Part shown: positions 41,317 through 57,882 of the stretch, one piece after another
Numbering within the stretch: position 1 is the stretch's first letter
Layout of the letters: each line of letters opens with the position of its first letter
The notes under the pieces: generated by a model
Seen by the model: the letters and a program-made list of their open reading frames with translations, nothing else
The model's database searches: none
What the model was told of the DNA's origin: nothing
Translations under genes and position numbers: made by a program
Source: Octopus vulgaris
Lineage: Eukaryota
Length of the DNA: 64,000 bases
Assembly (NCBI GenBank): GCA_951406725.2
Contig: OX597842.1
Span: 28,086,001 to 28,150,000, forward strand
Direction: 5' to 3'

Positions 41317-44300
41317 TTTTTGTTTTCTTTTTTTTTCGGATAAACCCCCCCCACACACACACACACCTACCTACATCCCACACGCCTGTTCAAACACACA
41401 CATACGGATACACATCTACAGACACGCATTCATACATCTAATCACACATACTTACAGACACACATGCACACACTAACATACAAACCAACACGCACATACA
41501 TACACACATACATACATACACACACACATACATACTTACACACACACACACAGACATACATACATACATACACACACACATACATACGTACACACATACA
41601 CACACACACACACATCGCACATACATACTTCACACACCTATACTTACATACACACACACACATGCACACATACATGTACGCACACACACATACATACACA
41701 CATACCCACACATGTACACCTTTACACGAATGCACACATACACCTATTCGCACCCAGGCAGCCCCCCCATTTTTTCTGCTTTCTAGTTTTGGTTGATGGA
41801 TCCTCGGTTCCCGTGGAGCGGGTTGTTCGGGGGGGCCCTCGCGCGCGCACGCCTTGGCGCGTGACGGTTGGTCGGCCCCATGGGCTTGCGTTGTATTGTT
41901 TGTGTGTTGTGTGTGCGAGCGCGCTCGTGTGTGTGGGCGTGCTTCGGTTGTGTGCGTGCGTATGTATACATACATACCCACACACACGCATGCATCCCTA
42001 CCCACACACATACACGCACACCTACTCACACACACACTTACACACACACATACACACACATACCTGCGCACACACACACATACATACACACACATACCTA
42101 ATTCAGACATACACACACACACACATACCTACTTCAGACATACACACACACAGACATACACCCATACACTCACACCCACACGCATACACACACACACACA
42201 CATACACACGCACACATACACACACCCACATACATACATTACACTTGTACACACACACACTTACATTCATACACACACACACCTCACACATACATACACA
42301 CACATACCTACTTCAGACATACACACACACAGACATACACCCATACACTCACACTCACACGCATACACACACACACATACACACGCACAGGCACACATAC
42401 ACACACACACACACCTACATACATACATTACACTTGTACACACACACACTTACATTCATACACACACACACCTACACAGCCATAGCTTCACTCATAGATT
42501 CACACATACCTACACACACACACAAACACTCACAGACACACACCCATACATGCATACACCTATACACACACGCCTACACACATACATAAACACATACATA
42601 AACACACACACACATACACATACATACGCACACACACATATACTTACACACATGCACACACACACACACATACATACGTACACCCACACACACATACTTA
42701 CATACTCCTATACGCACATACATACACACAGACATACACACTCACACATACATACACACACACATACTTACACACACACTCGCCTGCACGCGCACACACA
42801 TGCATGACAAACACCCATACACTCACACTCACATACACACACACCAACATATACACGCACACGCACACATACACGCACACACACGCCTACACACCTACAT
42901 ACACACACATGCATACACACACATACACGGACACACCCATACATACTTACATACATACACCTATACACACACGCCTACACACCTACATACACACACATGC
43001 ATACACACACACAAATGTACGCACATACACACACATATACGCACATACATATATACCTACACACATGCACACACACACACACACACACATACGCACACGC
43101 ATGCATGCACGCACACGTGCACACCTACACGCATGTACGCATACATGCACACACACACACACGCACGTACACATACATACATACACACACATACATACAC
43201 CCATACACATACATGCATCCTACACACACAGACATACACACTCACACACCTGCATGTACGCGCACACACATGCACATACACACACTTCCACACACACACA
43301 CACGTACATACATACACTCATACACACACACACACACACACACACGGACATACATCTATACACACACATATACACACACACATACTTACATACATTCATC
43401 GGACACACTGACACTCAGACTTACACACAGACACACTCACACATCCACACACATACATACTCACACACGCAATCGCAGGCGCGCGCACATGCTCGCTTGT
43501 GCGCGTTCGCGCACGCATACACGCACGCTTGCACCACGCTCATGTTTGACCGACTGGATCTCCTGTCCATATCTGGGGCCGGCGCGTTGTCTTTGGGTTC
43601 TCCCACGCCTGTCGCCGCGGGACCACTCTTCCATCTTCCCCCTCCCCCCCCTTCGCTGCAGTTCTTTTTCCCTTAAACCCCCCCTTTTGTACACACACGC
43701 ACACACATACACACACCCACTCACACACACACATTTGCATATATATACACATTACACTTACACACACTTCAAATTTACTTGCCACACACACAACTACGCA
43801 CGCTGGACATATACACACACTACCACTCAACACACACACTGGCACGTTACATACGCCCCCACCCTTTCCCGCCCCGCACGCACTAACATATACATATTTT
43901 CTGTTTTTTTTATCACGCCTCACACACACATACACACACGCACACGCACACACTCACACATACATACACACGCACACACACATACCTCCCTGTTTCTGAA
44001 CTGCCTTTCCGACTTGCTAGGGTACCCTCACACCACTCCTTTAATTCTACTACTGCCCGCTACAAGCCATTGTCCACCATACACACACATATACACACGC
44101 ACACATTCACACATACATACACACGCACACACACATACCTCCCTGCTTCTGATCTGCCTTTCCGACTTGCTAGGGTACCCTCACACCACTCCTTTAATTC
44201 TACTACTGCCCGCTACAAGCCATTGTACACCATACACACACATATACACACGCACACATTCACACATACATACACACGCACACACACATACCTCCCTGCT

Positions 44301-44593
44301 TCTGATCTGCCTTTCTGACTTGCTAGGGTACCTCCACACCACTCCTTTAATTCTACTACTGCTTGCTACGAGCCATTGTCCACCATACACACACACGCAC
44401 ACTCACACACACACACCGTCATCTCGCAACACCTTTTTTACCATTCCCTCATTGATTCAGCTCTCCTGTTTTTAAGAAACATTTTCCTCCTTTTTTACTA
44501 CTTCCGTCTTTTCAGTATGTGACCTCGTGAAGACGACCTGCAATATTTTTTCCTCTGTCCTCCCGTCTCGGGATCTTTCTTTCTTTGTCTTAT

Positions 44594-44628
44594 GTTTCCG
44601 ACGAAGAGCTCCGCTCGAAACGTCATAC
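44594..44628 (+). ncRNA. Degenerate minimal hammerhead-like motif at Penelope 3' end
   Basis: Identical to 27030-27064. Confidence 0.5.
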
Positions 44629-44717
44629 CCTCCTTCTTCCATTTTCCTGAGCGCCTAATAATAATAATACTGTAATTGTTCCACGTGTTGTTGTTTTTTC
44701 TGTTTTCCCGTTTGGAT

Positions 44718-44769
<52 letters not shown>

Positions 44770-45131
44770 TACAGACGAACGCACACAAAAACAGATATAT
44801 ACACATATATATACACCAACACACATACGCATACATAAATGTATACATATGTATATATATATGCATACACATACACACACACGCGCAACTATATATACAT
44901 AAACACATACATGCATACAAACATATACATATATACATACATGCATACTCGAATAATAAATATAAGTATATATATACGTGCAATTACCTATCATACAGAA
45001 GGATACATACATATAAACATATAAACAGACACATATATACCTATTTACACAAATGTATATATACATACATACATACATACACATACACATAAAACTACAT
45101 ACCTACATATACATAAACACACCGGCGTACA

Positions 45132-45176
<45 letters not shown>

Positions 45177-45316
45177 CCACATACATACACATACACATAC
45201 ATACACACACACACATATACATACATATACATGTATGTAAATACATGCACACATACATATATACACACACATATACACATACACATATATATATATATAT
45301 ATACATATATACACAC

Positions 45317-45364
<48 letters not shown>

Positions 45365-45533
45365 AATATTAGGGAATGAATCCAAAATTACAGGGAAAAA
45401 TCAGATTTAGGGTTAAATCCAAATTTATAGTAAAATATTATATAATATAATTCGAGACAAAACCACTATTTTAAAACCAAACAAGGAAAGACTTAATCAA
45501 TACATAAAATTTTAATATAAATTAAATAAACCG

Positions 45534-45577
45534 CCACTACAAATGTTTCATGTCTGCTACCGACAATCTTCAGGTGG
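45534..45577 (-). ncRNA. Type I hammerhead ribozyme motif (family A1), left arm of palindrome
   Basis: Reverse complement of 45633-45676. Confidence 0.8.
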
Positions 45578-45632
45578 ATTTTCGATCTTCTAATCAGTAT
45601 CAAAATTTGATACTGATTAGAAGATCGAAAAT

Positions 45633-45676
45633 CCACCTGAAGATTGTCGGTAGCAGACATGAAACATTTGTAGTGG
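45633..45676 (+). ncRNA. Type I hammerhead ribozyme motif (family A1), right arm of palindrome
   Basis: Identical to 963-1006. Confidence 0.8.
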
Positions 45677-45760
45677 CGGTTTATTTAATTTATATTAAAA
45701 TTTTATGTATTGATTAAGTCTTTCCTTGTTTGGTTTTAAAATAGTGGTTTTGTCTCGAAT

Positions 45761-45808
<48 letters not shown>

Positions 45809-46006
45809 ACACATACACATACCTATACATACACACACATCTACATACACATACATATACATCCGTACGCACACCCTTATACATACATCCACACCGAGGT
45901 ATACAGGCATATACACACATACACATACACACACACATAATTATAAACACATATACATACATATATACATATACATACATCTGCTGCATATATATATACC
46001 TATTGA

Positions 46007-46063
<57 letters not shown>

Positions 46064-46566
46064 GTATATATGTGTATGTTTATATGTATGTATCCGTCTG
46101 TATAATGGGTAACTGCATGTATATATATTTATTATTTATTATTTATTATTTATTATTTGAGTATGCATGTATGTATATATGTATATGTTTGTATGCATGT
46201 ATGTATTTATGTATATAAGGATGCGCGTGTGTATATATAGATGCACGTGTGTGTGTATGTGTATGCATGTGTGTATGTATATGTATATGTATATATGTAT
46301 ATATATACATGTGTGTATATATAAATGTGTATGCGTATGTATGTGTATATGTGTATGGGTATATATGTGTATATGCATGTATGTATGTGTATGTGTGTAC
46401 ATGTATGGACTTGTTGGTTTTTTTTATATATGTAGATAGATGTGTGTGCGTGTGTTTTTGTATGTGCTTGTGTATATATACGTGTATGTATATGTATAGA
46501 TATATGGATGTATGGGTATGTAGCTATGTATATGACTTCATAATTTGAAACTGACTTATTGGAAGT

Positions 46567-46609
46567 CCACCTGAAGATTGTCGATCAAGACAAGAAACAA
46601 CTGTAGTGG
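46567..46609 (+). ncRNA. Type I hammerhead ribozyme motif (family A2)
   Basis: As 1920-1962 but helix III reads ACAACUGU. Confidence 0.75.
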
Positions 46610-46828
46610 CGGTTTTTTTGACTATTTATTAAAATTTTATGTATTGATTAAGTCTTTCCTTGTTTGTTTTGCAAAATAGTGGTTTTGTCTCTAATAATAT
46701 TATATAATATTTTACTATAAAATTGGATTTAATCCTAAATCTGATTTTTTCCCTGTAAATTTGGATTTATTCCCTAATAGTTATTATATATATATAATGT
46801 ATGTATATGTATATATGTATGTATATGT

Positions 46829-46866
<38 letters not shown>

Positions 46867-46870
<4 letters not shown>

Positions 46871-47523
46871 CTGGCGATGTTATTCAAACCAGTATTCGGA
46901 CACTATGTCCCACCCAAGTAGAGAGTTATAGTTTACAGACATATCTTAGTGAACGAAGTTGATTCGGGATTTTTTGAAGGAATTTTTCCAGAGACTTCTT
47001 CAACTTTATGGGGTCTGTTTCTGCTTTAATGTGTTTTGATATCATGTTAAAGAGAGTGGGGCCACTTGAAGTGAAATGATTGTGCCAAATTGTTATTATG
47101 AGATGCAAGTGGGATTTATGTGGTTGGTCGATCGCATGGGGCAGAAGTCTTGGGTGTATCTTAAAGGAGATGCCAGCATCATTCCGGAACTGCTGCTGGA
47201 ATATTTTCAACATCATGCAGATGATACAGCGCTCGTGACGACATTGAAGAGAATAAAGCTTGAGCTTTTCTAGTCGACGACTCCAATGGTCAAGGACTGT
47301 CACTTTTGTAATTGACCTTTGAGGTGCTTCAAGTTTCATGGGAATTTGTTCTGTGAGGGGAGACCACAGTGGACAACTGTATTGAAAGAGGGGTCAGGCA
47401 AAAGTGGAGAAGAGAAGGATAATGGTGAGGATATCAGGATATCTCTCGACTGGAAAGTTCTGAGAATCCAGGAACACATTCTGCTAACCATGTTAACTTT
47501 GTTGTGTATATGAGCGGCCCACC
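46867..47523 (-). mobile_element. Decayed CR1/L2-type LINE 3' fragment (subunit copy)
   Basis: ORF 46926..47339. Confidence 0.8.
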
Positions 47524-48044
47524 TTCTATATATATGTATATCTATCTGTCTGTCTGCGTGTCTATTTACGTATCTATCTGTCTATCAATATATATATATA
47601 TACACACACAAACATACACATATGTATAGACATACATGTAAATATATGTATATACAATTATTTCATATATATATTGTGTATACATTCTATATATACGTAT
47701 ATATATTGTGTGTATATATATATTTTGTTTGTATATGTATATATATATATCTATATATATAGATATACATGTAAATATATGTATACACAAACATATATAT
47801 ATATATATACATGTATATAAGTATTATATACACTCATCCAACAAATGTATGTCTGTGTCTGCCTTTTCTTTAATTTGTTAAAATCATTGTCCGATATTTT
47901 TTAGTTGTTGCGTTGTTATATCTCTCTATGCTTTATTGCACCCACCTTCTGCCAGTCTGTCTGCCTCTCTCTCCCTTCCCACCCTCTCACTCTCAGTCTC
48001 TCCCTCTCATTTTCATAGATAAGTCAAGTTGCCGCTTTACTTAG

Positions 48045-48109
48045 GAAGTTAAATATTTAGAGGAGAAACAGATGAGATTTCTATTCAATAATGAATATGG
48101 TTTAATTTC
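48045..48109 (+). other. Candidate 65-nt exon copy
   Basis: Same as 3377-3441. Confidence 0.35.
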
Positions 48110-48201
48110 GTAAGATTTGTTCAACCACGCCCTAGCTGGAGCATTTTGATCATAAAACATATATATACATATATATATACACACACACATAAATATGCAT
48201 G

Positions 48202-48244
<43 letters not shown>

Positions 48245-48551
48245 GCACACATATTTGTGCGTATATATATATCTGTGTGTGTGTGTATATATAATTATTT
48301 CATATATATATTGTGTGTATATATATATATATTATGTACGTATATGTATATATATATAGAGAGAGATAGATATATAGGTATATATAGATTCTATGCATGT
48401 CTATATATATAAGTCTATAGGCATATGTATATGCAGTAAATGTACGCATATGTATATATATATGTATATGCGTTTATATATATATATCTATATGTATATA
48501 TATATATGTATATGCGTTTATATATATATATATATCTATATGTATATATAT

Positions 48552-49210
48552 ACACCTGGCGATTTTATTCAAATCAGTATTCGGACACTATGTCCCACCC
48601 AAGTAGAGAGTTATAATTTACAGAGACATATCTTAGTGAACAAAGTTGATTCGGGATTTTTTGAAGGAATTTTTCCAGAGACTTCTTAAACTTTATGGGG
48701 TGTGTTTCTGCTTTAATGTGTTTTGATATTATGTTAAAGAGAGTGGGACCACTTGATGTGAAATAATTGTGCCAAATTGTTATTATGAGATGCAAGTGGG
48801 ATTTATGTGTTTGGTGGATCACATGGGCCAGAAATCTTGGGTGTATCTTAAAGGAGATGACAGCATCATTCGGGAAATGCTGCTGGAATATTTTCAACAT
48901 CATGCAGATGATACAGCGCTCGTGACGACATTGAAGAGAATAAAGCTTGAGCTTTTCTAGTCGACGTCTCCAATGGTCAAGGGCTGTCATGTTTGTAATT
49001 GACCTTTGAGGTGCTTCAAGTTTCATGGGAATATGTTCTGTGAGTGGAGACCACAGTGGACAACTGTATTAAAAGAGGGGTCAGGCAAAAGTGGAGAAGA
49101 GAAGAATAATGGTGAGGATATCAGGATATCTCTCGACTGGAAAGTTCTGAGAATTCTGGAACACATTCTGCTGACCACGTTAACTTTGCAGTGTATATGA
49201 GTGGCCCACC
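48552..49210 (-). mobile_element. Decayed CR1/L2-type LINE 3' fragment (subunit copy)
   Basis: ORF 48574..49026. Confidence 0.8.
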
Positions 49211-49257
49211 TTCTATATATATGTATATCTATCTGTCTGTCTGTGTGTCTATCTACG

Positions 49258-49288
<31 letters not shown>

Positions 49289-49289
49289 A

Positions 49290-49448
<159 letters not shown>

Positions 49449-49500
49449 ATACACACATATATAGACATACATGTAAATATATGTATATACAATTATTTCA

Positions 49501-49828
49501 TAGGCAAGGAACACAGGTACAACTCACAGGCAAGGAACACAGGTGCAAGATTTTCTGGGCAGGGAACACTGACGGGGTCGGGGGCGTGGGTATACTTCTT
49601 GTGGAGAAATGGGTTGATAAGTTAATCGAGGTAGTCAGAGTAAGTGACAGAGTAATTAAAATTAGATTGGTCCTTCACCATAGGACAGCTACCATCATCT
49701 CGGCATATGCCCCTCAACCAGGGCTACCGGAAGGACAAAATGACCAATTCTATGACACCCTATTGCGGACTACCTCGTTGACAAATGACAGTGACATTCT
49801 CTTCGTGTCAGGTGATTTCAATGGACAT
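49501..49828 (+). mobile_element. RTE AP-endonuclease stub left by deletion
   Basis: Matches 4862-5189 and stops at GDFNGH. Confidence 0.9.
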
Positions 49829-49834
49829 ATATAT

Positions 49835-50766
<932 letters not shown>

Positions 50767-50783
50767 ATATATACATTCTATGC

Positions 50784-50814
<31 letters not shown>

Positions 50815-50898
50815 AGTCTATAGGTATATGTATATGCAGCAGAAGTTGTACGTATATGTATATATGTATGTATATTTGTATATGTGTTTATATACACT

Positions 50899-53045
50899 TG
50901 ATTGGAACCTGTACCACACTGAACTACAGCACCCAAACTGGCGTGATTTCTACAACTCTGGAGATGTGAATAGTATACTCCAGAGTATCCTGGACTCAAT
51001 ATGGGCAGCATGTGCAGCATCAGTGCCACGTAAACAGAAAAAGAAGAACCGCCCCAAAAGGGCAATTTGGGAGACTTCAGCGGTCCGACTTACCAGGAAG
51101 GAACGTCGGACTGCTGAATGGGAATACAAGTTGCATAAATCAGACACCGACAGGAAAAAGCGGAATAAATCTTCCAACCATCTCAAGCTAGTGACATAAA
51201 AAGCAGTGCTTGAATTTGAACAGTGCATAGCAGCCAATCCTGACAGCAAGGTTTTCTGGAAATATGTGCATTGAAAGCAGAGACCTCACTCTCCAGTGGG
51301 CCCTCTTCGCAACCCTCACATAAACCAGATCACTGACGACCCCAAGGAATTCGCAGAACTCATTGCCGAGTGCTATGCAAATATATTCACTGTTGAAAGT
51401 CAAAATGTACCATCATCACCATCACTAACAGCAAATTCCAGAACAATTATGGAATTTACACCTGCAGTGCTGCGACGTCGCTTTCAAAATAAGCCAAACT
51501 ATGCCCCCCCTGGTCTTGATGGAGTTACATACCTGCTTCTCAAACGTGGCAGGTACTTCCTTTTACACCAGCTTTCTATTTTCTTCCGGTACTGTCTCAA
51601 CAATGGTGCTACTCCGGAGCAGTGGAAAACCGCCAGTGTCATTCCTCTGTTCAAAAAGGGCGACCGCACATCACCTGTCAACTATCGCACAGTCAGTCTC
51701 ACTAGCTGTATTGCAAAACTAATGAAATCGTGTATCAGAGAAACACTCTGGAACTTCTGGAGCTCTCACAGTCTCATCCGACCCTCACAATATGGATTTG
51801 TCCCTAACTCCAGCTGCAGTGATCAGCTTGTCGAGTTCCTTGAGGACATTACTCAGATCACTGACAGTGGCTCATGGGTGGATGTTGTCTACCTTGACTT
51901 TGCTAAGGCTTTCAACTCTCTGCCATACAAAAGGCTTATGGTAAAACTCTCTGCAATGGGTGTGAGGGATGACCTTTTTAACTGGTTGAAATCCTTCATT
52001 CTCAGCCGAAAGGAGGTAGTCACAGTTCTAGGACAGCATTCTACACCATATGAGATGTCATCGGGTGTACCACAGGGATCTGTCCTTGGTCCCCTCTTGG
52101 TGTGGCATACATTAATGACATAGATGCCAATTTAAAGAATGCCACAGTATTGAAATATGCAGACGACAACAAGCTGTACCTTGAAATCAAGAGGACAGAT
52201 CCTGATGTCTACAACTCTTTCCTGCAATCAGACCTAGACACAATGCAGCAATGGATCACAGACTGGCAACTGAAACTGGCTGTGGACAAGTGTATCACCA
52301 TACATTTTGGGAGTAAAAACCCTGCGTCCACATACTCACTCCACAACACTGATATCAAGAAATCCTCTTGCGAGCGTGACCTAGGCATCACTGTCAGCAG
52401 TGATTTGCGTTGGACAAAGCATATCTCTAAAATTGTCAAGAAGGCCGAGGGTGTCTTGGCATCACTCAGCAAGACTTTTGTTAGCCGCTCACCAGCCATC
52501 TATTAAAAATTGTATACAGCTATGGTACGACCACACTTGGAATTCGCATCATTAGTTTGGAACCCCTATCTTGCTCAGAACATTGACTTCCTGGAATCTG
52601 TCCAGAGACGTGCAACCAAACGCATACCCTCCATCAGACACCTACCATATTCTGAGCGCCTTGTTTCCCTGGGCATGGATTCACTGAAGCTCCGGCGTCT
52701 GGCGACGGACTTGGTAAATACCCACAATGTTATCAACCACCTCACCAACAACAACACTGAACACCTTTTTGATCTCCATGTGTCTAACACACGTGGACAT
52801 GCCTACAAAGTCAGAAAGCAACACAGCTCCCATGACTTTCGGAAACATTTTTTCACGCTCAGAGTTGCTGAAACAGGGAATAAACTGCCTGCGTCAGTTG
52901 TTGACTGCCATGACACTGCATCCTTTAAGGCCCTCATGCTTTCCGAAATCCGCCGAAACTACACCTGATTATATATACACTTTAGATGAGTTGTAGTGCG
53001 CCTGAGCACTGTACACAATTATTATTAATATTATTATTATTTTAT
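50899..53045 (+). mobile_element. 5'-truncated CR1-like LINE, more decayed duplicate
   Basis: ORF pieces 51296..52123, 52102..52506, 52510..52968; extra stops and a frameshift versus 10759..12522. Confidence 0.92.
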
Positions 53046-53056
53046 TTATATATATA

Positions 53057-53715
53057 TACAAATGGCGATGTTTGTCAAATCAGATTTCGGACTCCATGTC
53101 CCACCCAAGTGGAGAGTTATAGTTTACAGAGACATATCTTGGTGAACGAAGTTTATTCGAGATTTTTTGATGGAATCTTTCCAGAGACTTCTTGAACCTT
53201 ATGGGGTCTGTTTCTGCTTTAATGTGTTTTGATATCATGTTAAAGAGAGTGGGGCCACTTGATGTGAAATAATTGTGCCAAATTGTTATTATGAGATGCA
53301 AGTGGGATTTATGTGGTTGGTCGATAGCATGGGGCAGAAGTCTTGGGTATATCTTAAAGGAGATGCCAGCATAATTCGGGAAATGCTGCTGGAATATTTT
53401 CAACATCATGCAGATGATACAGCGCTCATGACGACATCGAAGAGAATAAAGCTTTAGCTTTTCTAGTCGACGACTCCAATGGTCAAGGACTGTCACTTTT
53501 GTAATTGACCTTTGGGGTGCTTCAAGTTTCATGGGAATTTGTTCTGTGAGGGAGACCACAGTGGACAACTGTATTGAAAGAGGGGTCAGGCAAAAGTAGA
53601 GAAGAGAAGAATAATGGTGAGGATATCAGGATATCTCTCGACTGGAAAGTTCTGAGAATCCAGGAACACATTCTGCTGACCATGTTAACTTTGTTGTGTA
53701 TATGAGCGGCCCACC
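53057..53715 (-). mobile_element. Decayed CR1/L2-type LINE 3' fragment (subunit copy)
   Basis: ORF 53080..53568. Confidence 0.8.
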
Positions 53716-53789
53716 TTCTATATATATATGTATATCTATCTGTCTGTCTGTGTGTCTATCTACGTATCTATCTATCTATCTAACTATCT

Positions 53790-53848
<59 letters not shown>

Positions 53849-54245
53849 TGCATACACATATATATAGACATAAATGTAAATATATGTATATACATCTATT
53901 TCATATATATATTGTTTGTATATATATATATTATGTATGTATATATATATATATATATTTAAAGATATACATGTAAATATATGTATACACACACACACAC
54001 TCACATATATATATATATACATGTATATATGTATTATATACACTCAACCAAATATATGTCAGTGTCTGCCTTTTCTTTCATTTGTTAAAATCATTGTCCG
54101 ATATTTTTTAGTTGTGTTGTTATATCTCTCTACGCTTTATTGCCCCCACCCTCTGCCTGTCTGTCTGCCTCTCTCTCCCTCCCCCTCTCACTCTTAGTCT
54201 CTCCCTCTCATTTTCATAGTTAAGTCACGTTGCCGCTTTACTTAG

Positions 54246-54310
54246 GAAGTTAAATATTTAGAGGTGAAACAGATTAGATTTCTATTCAATAATGAATATT
54301 GTCCAATTTC
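54246..54310 (+). other. Candidate 65-nt exon copy
   Basis: Same as 13794-13858. Confidence 0.35.
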
Positions 54311-54357
54311 GTAAGATTTGTTAAACCACGCCCTAGCTGGAGCATTTTAGATCATAA

Positions 54358-54468
<111 letters not shown>

Positions 54469-54614
54469 GTGTGTGTGTCTATATATAATTATTTCATATA
54501 TATATATTGTGTATACATTCTATATATACATATATATATTGTGTGTATATATATATTATGTATGTATATGTATATATATATCTATATCTATCTATCTATC
54601 TATTTATGTATCTA

Positions 54615-54700
<86 letters not shown>

Positions 54701-54711
54701 TACATTCTATG

Positions 54712-54777
<66 letters not shown>

Positions 54778-54796
54778 TCTATAGGTATATGTATAA

Positions 54797-55662
54797 GCAG
54801 CAGGAGTTGAACTCCAATTACAGATTGGCTGAGGATAATAATATGCAGTTGTTTAATGCCGAAAAATTCCAAGCCCTGCGCCACCAGTATCAAAACCTAA
54901 CTTAAAGGGTACACTGGTCCACAGGGAATTTTAGTCCCAGAGCCTAAGTCAGTGAGGGACCTGGGTATAGACATGAGTGGTGATACCTCTTTCCAAGTGC
55001 TCAATACCAGGATGGTGACAAAGTGCAGACGACTGGCTGGATGGATCCTAAGAACATTCCGAACCAGAGATAAGGAAACCATGATGGTCCACTGGCGAAC
55101 ATTCATCCTTAGCTACCTGAATTACTGCTCACAGCTATGGTCACCCACCAGTGTGAAATTAACAGCGGACCTTGAAGCAATCCAGAGAAGATTCACAAAG
55201 AAGATCGTCTCTTTGCAACAGCTCAGCTACTGGGAAAGGTTGAAACACTTAAGACTCTACTCTCTGGAGAGAAGACAGAAGTATGCAGTAATATATATCT
55301 GGAAGATCCTGGCCAGAAGGCTCCACCAGGCTCGTGTCTGATCAGGTAGGGTTTCTACCGCTGGATGCCCTCCTAATATCTACCAGTCCAAGAGTGAAAT
55401 GGGTGCTTTTACGTGCCAACAGCACGGAGGCCAGTCATGTGGTACTGCCAATAGCCAAACTCAAATGGTGTTTTTTATATGCCACCTGAACAGGAGCCAG
55501 TACAGCGGTACTGGCAACGTTCATGCTTGGATGGTGCTTTTAGTAATCAACTGGCGTTGTTGCCAGGCAGGCGGTGCTATCATCGGTCATCTCAACGAAT
55601 TTGATTTCACTTGCCTCAACAGGTCCTCACAAGCGAAGTTTAGTGTCCAATGAGAGACATGT
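54797..55662. mobile_element. CR1/L2 fragment (+) abutting RTE 3' UTR fragment (-)
   Basis: Duplicate of 14325-15190; ORF 54952..55341. Confidence 0.8.
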
Positions 55663-55725
55663 ACGGATATATACATATACATACACACAGAAATATATAT
55701 ATACATACATATGTATGTATGTATG

Positions 55726-55807
<82 letters not shown>

Positions 55808-57254
55808 GTTTATATCCATTTAAGAGGAAAGAAGAAGATGGGTCCATATATAACATCAAAAGGAGCAGCTTTTTTTCTCTGATGAAATTACACTCATGTC
55901 ACATAAATGTAATATTAATTTACAAATTTGTAATTAATTTATTGAAACAATTGTAAGCAGCGAAGATGACCACTTTGTAAGCAATAAACAATTATCAACT
56001 TCCTTATCTCCATTTTCTTTTCTTTTTTGAAATGGATATAAACTATATTCTTAATATATACCTATTGTTTTAAGGGTAGTTCATTGCCCCAAAATAATAG
56101 GTATTCAACCAGTGTTTCCTTAAATGCAACCATCCCTTCACAAGGTTAACATATCCCCTAATTATATACTTATATTCAATTTATATATATATGTATATAT
56201 GAGTATATGCATGTATGTATAGACAGATAGATGAATTGATGGATAGGTGTGAGTGTATACATATTTCGGTCTTACCTATTCTTTCTAAATACATACACCC
56301 ACATACATTCATACATGCGTGTTTCTAAATTGACGCAAAAGGTTGACCTAAGATTTGAATAGGGATAAGAAATTTAATGACAATAAATTGAGATATTTTA
56401 GAATTTCTTTAGAATTGTTAAAGAAAAGAAATAGTGACTCACCAGGTGAATGAGTGTTTCATTGTGTAAGAAATAGCAGGTACGCAGATAGCCATGTATA
56501 TGTACAAATGTATGGATATAATTACGTGTGTATGAATGTATGTGGGTGTATGTGTACAGTTGTATTTGTATTTAAGTATGTTGATGTTTATGTTTGCACA
56601 AATATGTGTGTGTGTGTGTGTGTGTGTGTATACGTGTATTTGGATTTATACGTGTATGTATGATTGTTTGTAGTTATGTATATATGTAAACATGAATTCT
56701 TCGTGTATGTATATATGTATTTATGTTTATATGGTGATGATGACGATGGCTATCCACTCATGAGTAAAAAAGGGCCATCACTGACCATCTACCATGCGAA
56801 ATTTCTGCAAGGACAGTTCTAAGTAGTATTGTGTTCATGGTCAGCTTTATTCGGATTCGCAGCTGTGGCCTTCATGCATGCCGCAGGGCCCTCCTAATTG
56901 ACCGAGTATCGTAAATGACTCTTATCTAGCGATCGTACAACCGAGAATATTAAATCCTCACTCATCCTTTGCACCCTGTTGACATGATCCAGAGACAAGC
57001 CAGGACAAGCTATCAAGTGCCAATGTGGGGGTACTATGATCCCATGCGCAAGGAAAACACTCCCCATAAATTGGGGTGTCTTTCACACACACACACACAC
57101 AGAGGCACACATATACACATACATGCACATATTATGGATGTATACACACATACTTCATCATTTTAAACACGTATAGACACCTTCTTTGGGGGAAGCAGTG
57201 GGAAGGTATGGTGTTTTGAGTAGTATAGTTTGTATATATATATATATTATATAT

Positions 57255-57304
<50 letters not shown>

Positions 57305-57310
<6 letters not shown>

Positions 57311-57720
57311 TTAATAAGGGTGAGAGAATTAGATACTAATTTAATAGTATATTTATTCAACACCAAGTGGCCTAGTGCTTCGAGAAACCTGGATTATTAT
57401 AATATTTTATAACATATTATAATATTTTTACAAAATAAATATAAGAGAGTGGTCACTATATTGCTCACTCTAGCACTAGTTAATCCAAAGGGTTTCAACC
57501 ACGAAAATACATGCTTACCATGATAGTCAGTACGATTCTTAGCTCACACGGACAGGGCAAATAAAAAATAACAAAAATACAGATTATTTTGGGACAATTG
57601 TTTCGCTATTAATGAATTAAATGTAATTTTACTTACAAAAAAATCCATTTGTAGCTCGTCAGCCAAGACTATCTGGATGAAATCCACTCAATCACACTCA
57701 ATAAATATAATATATTTATA
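57305..57720 (-). mobile_element. Probable Penelope-like terminal fragment carrying a hammerhead
   Basis: Unique island between TA tracts with a canonical hammerhead; family inferred from that motif. Confidence 0.5.
57589..57666 (-). ncRNA. Type I hammerhead ribozyme motif with extended helix II (family C)
   Basis: Minus strand UUGG-CUGACGA-GCUA..AAUGGAUU..AAUUCAUU..UAGC-GAAA-CAAUUG-UC-CCAA; canonical G-C closing pair, GUC triplet, palindromic helix III. Confidence 0.85.
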
Positions 57721-57882
57721 AATATATGTATGTATATGTATATATATATATAAAAATGTATATATATATGTGTGTGTGTATATGTATATATATATATATA
57801 TATATGTATATGTGTATATGTATATATGTATATACATGTATATATGTATGTATATGTGTATATGTATGTATATGTGTGTATG

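Larger units (their letters stand above)
38145..44720 (+). mobile_element. Penelope-like retroelement, duplicate copy
   Basis: Colinear with 20670-27150. Confidence 0.85.
45439..45771. repeat. 333-bp essentially perfect palindrome with 1-nt centre (45605)
   Basis: Arms read as reverse complements outward from caaa-a-tttg. Confidence 0.92.
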
